Below, in pieces: positions 29,743 through 38,260 of a DNA stretch of 53,521 nt. Every line of letters begins with the position of its first letter. Positions within the stretch are counted from its first letter, which is position 1. Under the pieces are notes generated by a model. It worked only from the letters and a program-made list of their open reading frames with translations. It had not been told where the DNA came from and ran no database searches. The stretch is from Anaerolineales bacterium (GTDB taxonomy: Bacteria; Chloroflexota; Anaerolineae; Anaerolineales; UBA11579). The position numbers were made by a program, and so were the translations under genes. The stretch covers positions 1 through 53,521 of the forward strand of contig JAFGRA010000307.1 in NCBI GenBank assembly GCA_016935415.1. The letters are read 5' to 3'.

Positions 29743-30786
29743 TTAGCGCGAGACACGCCCGGAGGCGTCCCCACCCATTAATTTCTCGACTTCGGCCACC
29801 GTGGTGAGATTGAAATCGCCAAAGAAGAGGTGCTTCAAGCAGGAGGCGGCCACGGCAAAATCCAGGGCGCGCTGGCGGTCGACGGCATACGTACGCAGCC
29901 CGTAGATCAGCCCGCCCATAAACGAATCGCCGCCGCCGACGCGGTCTACGATGTGGGTGATGTCATATTGGGGCGATTGGTAGAAATTACCCTCATCCCA
30001 CAGCACGGCGGCCCAGGTGTTGTGGCTGGCCGAGATGGAGCCGCGCAGTGTGACGGCTATCGTCTTGAGGTTGGGGAAGCGCGCGTTGAGTTGTTCGCAG
30101 ACGTATAGGTACTTTTCGGCTTCAACCTTTCCGGCAACCACATCGGCTTCGGGGGCCTTGATGCCGAAAACTTTGTCGGCGTCTTCCTCATTGCCGATGG
30201 CGACATCGCAGTACCCTACCAGTTTGGGCATGACTTCAGCGGGCGTCTTGCCCCATTTCCAGAGTTTCTTACGGTAGTTGAGGTCGCAGGAAACGGTCAA
30301 TCCCATTTCTTTGGCGGCTTGAACGGCTTCCAGGCAGACGTTAGCAGTACCGGCCGAGATGGCCGGAGTAATGCCGGTCCAGTGGAACCAATTGGCGTCA
30401 GCAAACACCTCTTTCCAGTCGATCATGCCGCGCTCAATGGTTGAAATAGAGGAATGGGCGCGGTCGTAAACGACCTTGCTGCCGCGCTGTACGGCTCCCA
30501 TTTCCAGGAAGTAGATGCCCAGGCGTTCGCCGCCGCGGACGATCTTGCCAGTGCCGACGCCATATTGGCGCAGGAAATTGATACAGGCGTCGCCAAGATC
30601 GTTTTCGGGCAAGCGGGTGACGAAGTCGGTGGGGACGCCATAGTTGCTGAGCGAGACAGCTACGTTGGATTCGCCGCCACCGTAGATGGCATCGAAGGCG
30701 CGTGCCTGCGCGAAGCGCAGGTAACCAGGCGGGGAGAGCCGCAGCATAATTTCGCCAAAAGTAACGACTTTCTTTTCCATGTTCAA
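29743..30786 (-). CDS. kdgK: 2-dehydro-3-deoxygluconokinase (PfkB)
   Basis: FGEIMLRLSP, GGGESNVA, DLNYRKKLW, DRVGGGDSF. Confidence 0.92.
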   Translation of the reverse strand: MNMEKKVVTFGEIMLRLSPPGYLRFAQARAFDAIYGGGESNVAVSLSNYGVPTDFVTRLPENDLGDACINFLRQYGVGTGKIVRGGERLGIYFLEMGAVQRGSKVVYDRAHSSISTIERGMIDWKEVFADANWFHWTGITPAISAGTANVCLEAVQAAKEMGLTVSCDLNYRKKLWKWGKTPAEVMPKLVGYCDVAIGNEEDADKVFGIKAPEADVVAGKVEAEKYLYVCEQLNARFPNLKTIAVTLRGSISASHNTWAAVLWDEGNFYQSPQYDITHIVDRVGGGDSFMGGLIYGLRTYAVDRQRALDFAVAASCLKHLFFGDFNLTTVAEVEKLMGGDASGRVSR

Positions 30787-30790
30787 GTCC

Positions 30791-31558
30791 TTAGCGTGCT
30801 AACCAGCCGCCGTCAACGGGGACGATGGCGGCGTTCATGTAATCGGATGCGGCCGAAGCCAGGAAGACGACGATGCCTTTGAGGTCTTCCGGTTCGCCCC
30901 AACGCTGTGCGGGGATGCGTTCTAAAATCGCCTGGCTGCGCGTTTCATCCGCTCGCAATGGTGCGGTGTTGTCGGTAGCCATATAGCCGGGGGCGATGGC
31001 ATTGACGTTGATGTTCTTGTTGGCCCATTCGTTTGCCAGGGCGCGCGTGATCCCGGCCACGGCGCTTTTTGCAGCGGTGTAGGAGGGCACCAGGATGCCG
31101 CCCTGGAAGGACAACATCGAAGCCACGTTGATGATCTTGCCGCCACTGCCGGCGGCCATAACGCGACCGGCAGCCTGGGAGAGGAAAAAGACCGCCCGCA
31201 GGTTGATCTGGATTACATCGTCCCAATCCGTTTCGGTGTATTCCAGGGCAGGGGCGCGCCGGATAATTCCGGCGTTGTTGACCAGAATGTCCAGGCTCCC
31301 GAATTCGGCGAGGATCGATTTGACGTGCGCGTTCAATTCGTCCACGGTGGCTTCCTTGAGGTTCACTTGCAGGTGCATGGCGCGTTGGCCCAATGCTGCG
31401 ATCTGGGCACAGGTTTCATTGCAGGGGATGATATCGAGGGCGACCACGTCTGCACCAGCTTCGGCCAAGCCGACGGCCATGGCTTGTCCCAAACCGCGCC
31501 CGGCACCGGTAACCAGGGCGACTTTGCTGTGTAAGCTGAATTTTTCTAATATACTCAT
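30791..31558 (-). CDS. kduD: 2-dehydro-3-deoxy-D-gluconate 5-dehydrogenase
   Basis: NNAGIIRR, ASMLSFQGGILVPSYTAAK, VDGGWLAR. Confidence 0.9.
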   Translation of the reverse strand: MSILEKFSLHSKVALVTGAGRGLGQAMAVGLAEAGADVVALDIIPCNETCAQIAALGQRAMHLQVNLKEATVDELNAHVKSILAEFGSLDILVNNAGIIRRAPALEYTETDWDDVIQINLRAVFFLSQAAGRVMAAGSGGKIINVASMLSFQGGILVPSYTAAKSAVAGITRALANEWANKNINVNAIAPGYMATDNTAPLRADETRSQAILERIPAQRWGEPEDLKGIVVFLASAASDYMNAAIVPVDGGWLAR

Positions 31559-31643
31559 TGCTGTCTCCTAAAAATTACGTGTTTAAATATTCAAAAAGAG
31601 TAGGCTGGTAGTGGTACTAGATTAGATTTGCCTGTTTGGCATT

Positions 31644-32648
31644 CTAAGCGCTTGCACGCACGATCAGTTCTGGTTCGAGGATGACGTTATCGCAATTTTC
31701 CGAGCATTCGAGCAGCAGGTTGATCAATAGCTGAGTGGCAAGTCGGCCCATTTCTTCGAAAGGAATGCGCATGGTAGTCAGGGGAGGATTTACCCAGCTT
31801 GCCATCGGGATATCGTCATAACCGACAATTGCCAGATCGGCGGGAACTTTTTTGCCCAAGGCGATACAAGCCTGTAAAGCGCCAATTGCAACCATGTCAT
31901 TGAAGCAAAGCAAGGCGGTCAGGCCGGGGTTGGCTTCGAGTAGTTGCAGCACCGATTGGTGTCCGCCTTCTACAGTGGGGGAGCAGGTGGTCAGGAGGTT
32001 GGGATTGACCTCCATGCCGGCTTCGGTGTGGGCTTGCCTAAAGCCTTCCAGGCGTTTTTTCGAGCCGTAGGAACCTTTAGGGCCGGTAAGGAAACCGATG
32101 GCTGAATGACCGGCAGTGATTAGATGGCGGGTCGCCAGATACCCACCTTTGCGGTCGTCGTTGAGTACAAAACCTATTTCGGCAGTTTTGGCATCGAACA
32201 GGCGGTTGATGAGAACGGCGTTGGGGTATCGTTTGAGCAATGGCAGCAGCACTTTGGTGGATTGGCGCGGTGAACCCACCAGGACACCATCGACGCGTTT
32301 TTCCTCCAAAACTTCCAGCAAATCAAGTTCGCGTTCAGGGTCTTCCTCGGTGTCGCACAAGAGCACGCTGAAGCCTTCTGCGTGGGCGATTTCAGCAACA
32401 CCATGGGCGATGCCTGAAAAATAGGGATTGGCGATGTCAGGAACGACTAATCCGATCGTACCGGTGCGTTGGGTGACCAGGCTACGGGCGATGCTGCTGG
32501 GGCGGTAGCCGAGTTTTGTGATGATTTCCTGGATTTGCTGGCGCGTTTCCTGGCTGACGCCGTCCTTATTGTTTACGACGCGTGAGACGGTCATCATGGA
32601 AACCCCGGCCGTGCGGGCGACATCTGCAATCGTAATTCGCTTGGTCAT
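31644..32648 (-). CDS. LacI-family transcriptional regulator
   Basis: TIADVARTAGVSMMTVSRV HTH; NDMVAIG, VGYDD, PPLTT. Confidence 0.95.
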   Translation of the reverse strand: MTKRITIADVARTAGVSMMTVSRVVNNKDGVSQETRQQIQEIITKLGYRPSSIARSLVTQRTGTIGLVVPDIANPYFSGIAHGVAEIAHAEGFSVLLCDTEEDPERELDLLEVLEEKRVDGVLVGSPRQSTKVLLPLLKRYPNAVLINRLFDAKTAEIGFVLNDDRKGGYLATRHLITAGHSAIGFLTGPKGSYGSKKRLEGFRQAHTEAGMEVNPNLLTTCSPTVEGGHQSVLQLLEANPGLTALLCFNDMVAIGALQACIALGKKVPADLAIVGYDDIPMASWVNPPLTTMRIPFEEMGRLATQLLINLLLECSENCDNVILEPELIVRASA

Positions 32649-32676
32649 CTGGGAAAATCGCTCCTTGAGATAGCAT

Positions 32677-32696
32677 TTACGTTAGCGTTAACGTAA
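32677..32696. promoter_or_regulatory. LacI-type operator (autoregulatory)
   Basis: TTACGTTAGCGTTAACGTAA, near-perfect palindrome with central CG, directly downstream of the -10. Confidence 0.75.
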
Positions 32697-32724
32697 CTAT
32701 ACATGATGTCCTCAGAGATGTCAA
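32696..32724 (-). promoter_or_regulatory. Sigma70 promoter of the LacI-kduD-kdgK-eda operon
   Basis: Minus strand TTGACA-17bp-TATAGT. Confidence 0.8.
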
Positions 32725-32891
32725 GTTTAGAAAACGGAGAGACTAAAAACAATCATGGGCAGGATAAAATCTCTACATTCGAATTGTTGCCCTGGGCAGA
32801 AAAGGGGTTATTTTCCTCTGAATTCTTGGCGATGATATGTTAGTATAGGGGAAAGCAGAGAGAGCAAATTTGAATTGATAATGAATACCTA

Positions 32892-32942
32892 TTGTGAAAA
32901 ATATCACTATGTGATAAAATAAGATAGTGAAATTTTTCACAA
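32892..32942. promoter_or_regulatory. Two Rex-like boxes flanking an extended -10 (TGATAAAAT)
   Basis: TTGTGAAAAATATCACTA (32892-32909) and TAGTGAAATTTTTCACAA (32925-32942). Confidence 0.6.
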
Positions 32943-32988
32943 GCGGATAACCAATTAGCGTCAAGCTTATAGAAAAGAGGATTTGATC

Positions 32989-33741
32989 ATGAGCGACAAA
33001 AATAAAGTTGCGATCGTAACAGGGGCCGCTTCCGGGATCGGGAGGGAATGCGCGATCCTGTTTGCCGAGAATGGATGCAAGGTTGTAGTTTCCGACGTAG
33101 TGGTTGCTGGTGGTGAGGAAACCGTAGAACTTATTGAGCAGACCGGTGGCGATGCGATCTTTGTGAAAACGGATGTTTCTGACCCGGAAGAATGTAAGAC
33201 GCTTGTTGAAAAGACAGTTGAGACGTACGGGCGGCTGGACTACGCCTGCAATAACGCCGGTATCGGTGGTGAGAGTAATTCAGTCGCGGATATGAGCGTT
33301 GCCGGTTGGCAAAAGACGATTGGTATCAATCTGTCTGGGGTGTTTTACTGTATGAAGTACCAGATTCCAGCCATGCTGAAGTCCGGCGGCGGGGCCATCG
33401 TCAATATGGCCTCGATCTTGGGGCAGGTTGGCTTTGCCGGTGCACCTGCTTATGTAGCAGCTAAGCATGGTGTTGTAGGTTTGACTAAAGATGCGGCCCT
33501 TGAATACAGCCAACAAGGCGTTCGTGTAAACTCAGTGGGACCGGGTTTTATTCACACCCCAATGATTGCCGAATTGGAAGAGAATACCGCTGTCAATGAT
33601 ATGCTGATTTCAATGCATCCGATTGGCCGGTTGGGAAAACCGGAGGAAGTAGCCGAACTGGTGGTTTGGCTGTGCTCTGAGAAAGCTTCCTTCGTAACCG
33701 GCGCATACTACCCGGTGGACGGCGGCTACCTGGCGCATTAA
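32989..33741 (+). CDS. SDR family oxidoreductase (glucose 1-dehydrogenase-like)
   Basis: TGAASGIG, NNAG, YVAAK, VDGGY. Confidence 0.92.
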   Translation: MSDKNKVAIVTGAASGIGRECAILFAENGCKVVVSDVVVAGGEETVELIEQTGGDAIFVKTDVSDPEECKTLVEKTVETYGRLDYACNNAGIGGESNSVADMSVAGWQKTIGINLSGVFYCMKYQIPAMLKSGGGAIVNMASILGQVGFAGAPAYVAAKHGVVGLTKDAALEYSQQGVRVNSVGPGFIHTPMIAELEENTAVNDMLISMHPIGRLGKPEEVAELVVWLCSEKASFVTGAYYPVDGGYLAH

Positions 33742-33763
33742 TATAAAGGTCCCCTTTATCCTC

Positions 33764-33796
33764 CTGGCGCGCTATTTTACATAGCGCGCCAGTTTT
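33764..33796 (+). terminator. Intrinsic terminator
   Basis: CTGGCGCGCTAT...ATAGCGCGCCAG followed by TTTT. Confidence 0.75.
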
Positions 33797-33831
33797 CATT
33801 TCACCGTTTATGCCAATAAGACCTATCAAGA

Positions 33832-34743
33832 TCAGACAAAAAAGATAGGAGCAGTGAATACGTAGTTTTCGAACTTTCCAGTGGGTTGATCGGTCATGTA
33901 GATGGTTGCGAAATTGCCCGGTTCGAAACCGCGTTCCAGTAGATGCGCCATTACAATGTTGTTGATGGTGGGAATTTCGAGACCAAAGTGTTCGCGCCCG
34001 GCCAGGGCAGCTTGTGTTTCGGCATGCGCCATTACCGCCGGAAAATCGGCTGCATCCAGCAAGGCAAAGGGGCCATTGAGTTCTCCAATGTAGCCATAGC
34101 CAACCAGGTTTTGGCTGCGGTAATAGAGGAAACCCTGGCGGTCTACGGCCAGCCATTCGTGTTCCTGATCGCGGCAGTGGCCGATGATGGCTTTGTCGAT
34201 CTCTCCGAGAGCGGCATATGTTTCAGGATCGGCCGGAATTGCGACGATTTCCAGGTCGGTTTCGTAAGCCACTTGCTGCGGCTCACGCCCAAAATAGTAA
34301 ATGGCAAAACGCGGATAAACGCCGTTTTTTAGGTAGAGCTTCTGGGCGCGCCAATCTGGGGTAGCGATGATCGAGCGGTGATTGGCCTCGATATTGGAAA
34401 AGGCGCGCTCAATCAGTTCGCGTCCAAAGCCCAAGGATTGGGCTTCGGGCAAGATCATTAATTCGGTCAGTTCAAGCGTGTTTTCACGTAAAATGGAGCG
34501 CGAATAGCCCAGGACGCGCTCGTCGCGCGCGGCCACCCAGAACTCAGTGGCGTGGGCGGCAAGGTGTTCAAAAAGTGACTTGCGCTGCTGCCACATCTTT
34601 TCTGCATGTTCCGGATCGGCGATTCTGGGCTGTTCGGAAGAGCCCATACGCTTCATCAGGTCAGCAATTGCGGATTCAAAGATTAAGAAAGTTTGGTAGG
34701 AATCGGCAGCAGTGCCGCGGCGAATAATGATCTCATCTGCCAT
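33832..34743 (-). CDS. GNAT family N-acetyltransferase
   Basis: ILPEAQSLGFGRELI acetyl-CoA motif, LYLKNG. Confidence 0.78.
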   Translation of the reverse strand: MADEIIIRRGTAADSYQTFLIFESAIADLMKRMGSSEQPRIADPEHAEKMWQQRKSLFEHLAAHATEFWVAARDERVLGYSRSILRENTLELTELMILPEAQSLGFGRELIERAFSNIEANHRSIIATPDWRAQKLYLKNGVYPRFAIYYFGREPQQVAYETDLEIVAIPADPETYAALGEIDKAIIGHCRDQEHEWLAVDRQGFLYYRSQNLVGYGYIGELNGPFALLDAADFPAVMAHAETQAALAGREHFGLEIPTINNIVMAHLLERGFEPGNFATIYMTDQPTGKFENYVFTAPIFFV

Positions 34744-34789
34744 ATAAATCTCCTCAAAGTTGTATATACCTATTTTACTCGATAGGCGG

Positions 34790-35710
34790 TCAATAGGTGG
34801 TTTGAAAGCGATTCAGCCACACGCTGCAAGCGCCATACAGACCGGTATGGGCTCCCAGTGAGGCTGGGACGATTATTACTTTCTCTGCTGGGACTAAACC
34901 GCAGGCGTTGGCAATGGTTTTCTGAATGGTATCCCAGAAGAGGTGGCGGCTGCGCATCAGCCCGCCGCCCAAGGCGATCACTTCCGGGGTAAAGATGGTG
35001 ATCATGTTTGCCAGACCAATCCCAAGATAGTGGCCTTCGCGTTCGATGGCTTTTTGCGCATAGACATCATGGCGCTCGCAGATGCTTTGAGCGGTAACGG
35101 GTTCTGGCCCATGATGATCTGAGGGGGTGTTTTCGACGAACCACTGTGCCATGGCAGGTCCACTCGCCAGACTTTCCCAGCAGCCGTGTGCGCCGCATGA
35201 ACAAAGCGGCCCCGATGGATCAATGATGTGATGGCCGATTTCGGGGTGGAAACCATCCAGGCCGCGGTAAATTTTTCCGTCGACGATCAGCCCTGCTCCG
35301 ATGCCGGTGCTGACGGTTACAAACAAAAAGGTACGCCTGCCCTGGCCTGCGCCCCAGGTGTATTCTCCCAGCGCAGCCGCGTCGGCATCGTTTTCCAGCG
35401 CGACCGGCACGCCAAAGTGCCCGGCAAGATCGCTGACGATCTCCGCACCTTCCCAGCGTGGCAGGAAATCTACGTGCAGCAATTTACCAGCGAAAGGATC
35501 GACCGGGCCGGTGCAACCGATACCAATGCCCTCAAGCTCGGTTCCGGTTTGCTTTTGGAGCTGTACTAACAAAGTGCGGATTTCTTTGAGCGCCTCATCC
35601 CAGGCGCGTTCTGGTTGGGTTGGAAATGCGTTCTGGGCAACAAGCTTGCCGTTTTGCTCGAAGAGGCCGATTGCGATTTTTGTGCCGCCGATGTCAATTG
35701 CGCCGATCAT
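34790..35710 (-). CDS. ROK family sugar kinase
   Basis: IDIGGTK, ENDADAAALGE, STGIGAG, EIGH, CSCGAHGCWE; no HTH; start probably ATG 35710. Confidence 0.9.
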   Translation of the reverse strand: MIGAIDIGGTKIAIGLFEQNGKLVAQNAFPTQPERAWDEALKEIRTLLVQLQKQTGTELEGIGIGCTGPVDPFAGKLLHVDFLPRWEGAEIVSDLAGHFGVPVALENDADAAALGEYTWGAGQGRRTFLFVTVSTGIGAGLIVDGKIYRGLDGFHPEIGHHIIDPSGPLCSCGAHGCWESLASGPAMAQWFVENTPSDHHGPEPVTAQSICERHDVYAQKAIEREGHYLGIGLANMITIFTPEVIALGGGLMRSRHLFWDTIQKTIANACGLVPAEKVIIVPASLGAHTGLYGACSVWLNRFQTTY

Positions 35711-35862
35711 GATTTGCATCCTTGATGTGTTATGTGTTCCCATTATAAATGAAGGTGAAACCAGCCGTGATTTTTTGTTGGAGTTTCGTGTTTTTGCGGA
35801 TATCGAGTAAAATGGACGCGCATATTACAGAATTGTTTGCATGGAACCTAAGGAGGTTTTTG

Positions 35863-37596
35863 GTGAACGAATCGGTTGTCTTGTTACCTTATCCACAGGA
35901 ATTAACCTGGACGGATGGTTGGTATGAACTGAAGGGTGGGCACGATTTGGGAGACTTGGCGGTGAGGCGCAGTTTAGATGCTGCGGTTGTCCATGAGCAA
36001 GGTTACGAGTTAACGATCACGCCAGATGAGATCAGTGTCAGGGCCAAAAAAGAGGCTGGATTGTTCTACGCCGACCAGACTCTCAAGCAGTTGCTGACGC
36101 AATTTTCTGAGCGGCTGCCAACGCTAACGTGCAAAGATTGGCCGGACTTTGAGGCGCGCGGTGTGATGCTGGATATCAGCCGGGACAAAGTTCCGACCAT
36201 GGATACGTTGTATGCGTTGATCGATATGCTGGCAAGCTGGAAAGTGAATCAGTTCCAGTTATATACCGAGCATACTTTCGCTTATAAAAACCATAAGGTC
36301 GTTTGGGAAAAGGCATCGCCGGTTACGGCGGAAGAGATCCAGGCGCTGGATGCATTCTGCCGGGAACGCCAGGTTGAATTAGTGCCTAACCAGAATTCGT
36401 TTGGGCATATGCGGCGCTGGTTGATCCACGAGCCGTATCGGCACCTCTCGGAATGCCCAGATGGCTGCGACACGGTGTGGGGTTATTTCGACGAACCGTT
36501 CAGCCTGTGCCCCACTGAACCCGGAAGCTTGGAATTACTGCAAGAGCTGTTCGATGAACTGCTTTCAAATTTCACCAGCGATCAGTTCAATATCGGCTGT
36601 GATGAAACCGTTGATCTGGGCAATGGGCGCAGTAAAGACCTGGTTGCAGAAAAAGGCGTTGGCAAGGTTTACCTCGATTTCTTGCTGAAAATCTACGAGG
36701 AGGTCAAGGCGCGCGGCAAGGTGATGCAGTTCTGGGGTGATATCATCATGCACCATCCCGAACTGGTGGCAGATTTGCCCAAAGACGCGGTTGCCCTGGA
36801 ATGGGGTTATGAAGCCGACCATCCCTTTGACGATCATGGTGCGAAGTTCGCAAGTTCTGGCATCCCCTTCTATGTTTGTCCAGGCACGTCGAGTTGGAAT
36901 ACAGTTGCTGGCCGCACAGATAACGCGATTGGCAATTTAGTGAATGCGGCCGAAAATGGCCTTAAGCATGGTGCAATTGGCTATTTGAATACCGATTGGG
37001 GCGATAACGGACACTGGCAGCCGCTGCCGGTCAGCTATCTGGGGTTTGCGTTTGGTGCGGCGATGTCCTGGGCTAATACCACCAATCGTGAGTTAGATGT
37101 ACGCAAGACGCTCGATCTGTTCGTTTTCGATGATGACACTGAGGTGATGGGAAAGCTGGTATATGAGCTTGGGAACGTTTACCAGACACCCGGCGTGTTG
37201 ATCCCCAATAATTCGGTTTTATTCTGGATATTGCAGACTACACCGGAAGAGATCAGGGCTGAAGCGGAAAAATGGGAAGGCGATAAGACCGGAGGCTTGC
37301 GCGAAACCATTACTGAGGTTGAAGCAATCACGGCAAAGCTGTCTTCAGCACGCATGCAACGCAGTGATGCTGAACTGATTCGGCGCGAATTCCAATGGAT
37401 TGCGGATATGCTTACGCATGCTTGCCACCGGGCTTTGTGGGCTTTGGGCGCAGAAGATGAACATGTCGCTGAATTAGCTGTAGCGGCACAAAGCTTACTG
37501 GACGAACATGAGTATATCTGGCAGGCTCGTAATCGTCCCGGTGGCTTTGCCGATTCACAGGTACGTCTAGAGAAGGCTGCTCAAGGCTATGCATAG
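35863..37596 (+). CDS. GH20 beta-N-acetylhexosaminidase (cytoplasmic)
   Basis: RGVMLDISR, NSFGH, NIGCDE, FWGD, TDWGDNGH; GTG 35863 after AGGAGG. Confidence 0.88.
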   Translation: MNESVVLLPYPQELTWTDGWYELKGGHDLGDLAVRRSLDAAVVHEQGYELTITPDEISVRAKKEAGLFYADQTLKQLLTQFSERLPTLTCKDWPDFEARGVMLDISRDKVPTMDTLYALIDMLASWKVNQFQLYTEHTFAYKNHKVVWEKASPVTAEEIQALDAFCRERQVELVPNQNSFGHMRRWLIHEPYRHLSECPDGCDTVWGYFDEPFSLCPTEPGSLELLQELFDELLSNFTSDQFNIGCDETVDLGNGRSKDLVAEKGVGKVYLDFLLKIYEEVKARGKVMQFWGDIIMHHPELVADLPKDAVALEWGYEADHPFDDHGAKFASSGIPFYVCPGTSSWNTVAGRTDNAIGNLVNAAENGLKHGAIGYLNTDWGDNGHWQPLPVSYLGFAFGAAMSWANTTNRELDVRKTLDLFVFDDDTEVMGKLVYELGNVYQTPGVLIPNNSVLFWILQTTPEEIRAEAEKWEGDKTGGLRETITEVEAITAKLSSARMQRSDAELIRREFQWIADMLTHACHRALWALGAEDEHVAELAVAAQSLLDEHEYIWQARNRPGGFADSQVRLEKAAQGYA

Positions 37597-37643
37597 CAAG
37601 CATCGTTGATCTTCTGAGTAAATTTGAGGGTTAGTTTGGAAAT

Positions 37644-37973
37644 TTAATCGTCGTAGTCGTCGTCCAGATTGCGTGTTCTTTTTGGGCGACGACGCTTTCC
37701 AAATGATTCGACATCGTCGTCGGTGTCTTCGAAGTCTTCGGTATCGTCGCGTTCGTAGCGCTTTTTGTGTTTCTTCGACTTGCGTCGGCGGTCGTGGTCT
37801 GCTGGGTTTTCCTCTACATGATCATCCAATGCCACCCAGTTTAGGGTGAGTGGGGAAATGGTGGCGACCACTAACGCGGTTTCACAGCTAGAACAGGTGA
37901 TGAGTTGCCCAACTTTTGGGTCTTTCTCTAAGCGAATTGTTTGCGCACAAGATGGGCATTCAACCTTATGCAT
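37644..37973 (-). CDS. LysW-like zinc-ribbon protein with a long charged tail
   Basis: CPSC...VGQLITCSSC...SPLTL; RBS AGGAG; lacks the terminal EDWGE. Confidence 0.7.
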   Translation of the reverse strand: MHKVECPSCAQTIRLEKDPKVGQLITCSSCETALVVATISPLTLNWVALDDHVEENPADHDRRRKSKKHKKRYERDDTEDFEDTDDDVESFGKRRRPKRTRNLDDDYDD

Positions 37974-38260
37974 GGATATAGCTCCTACAAAATAATAATG
38001 GCTCATTATAACGTAGGAATGTGAACTTTGGGTGTATTCATGTGCTGGATGCAACTTATTTTAGAAATGCTATTGTATAATACTGTGGTTCTCCGGTAGC
38101 TGACCTTGTGGTGAAATGATTACCTTTTTGCTTTGGAATTTTATTGTGGCAATGAACGGTCAGTTTCTCTTATAAATGCTATTGCGAGTTGTTTTCTTGT
38201 GCAAAATGACTTATGCATTTACTTTAGTACGACGACATTATTGCTAATAAGGAGTGAAAG

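Noticed and set aside
37644-37973. Calling this gene lysW
   Set aside because: Lacks the C-terminal EDWGE and any lys/arg biosynthesis neighbours
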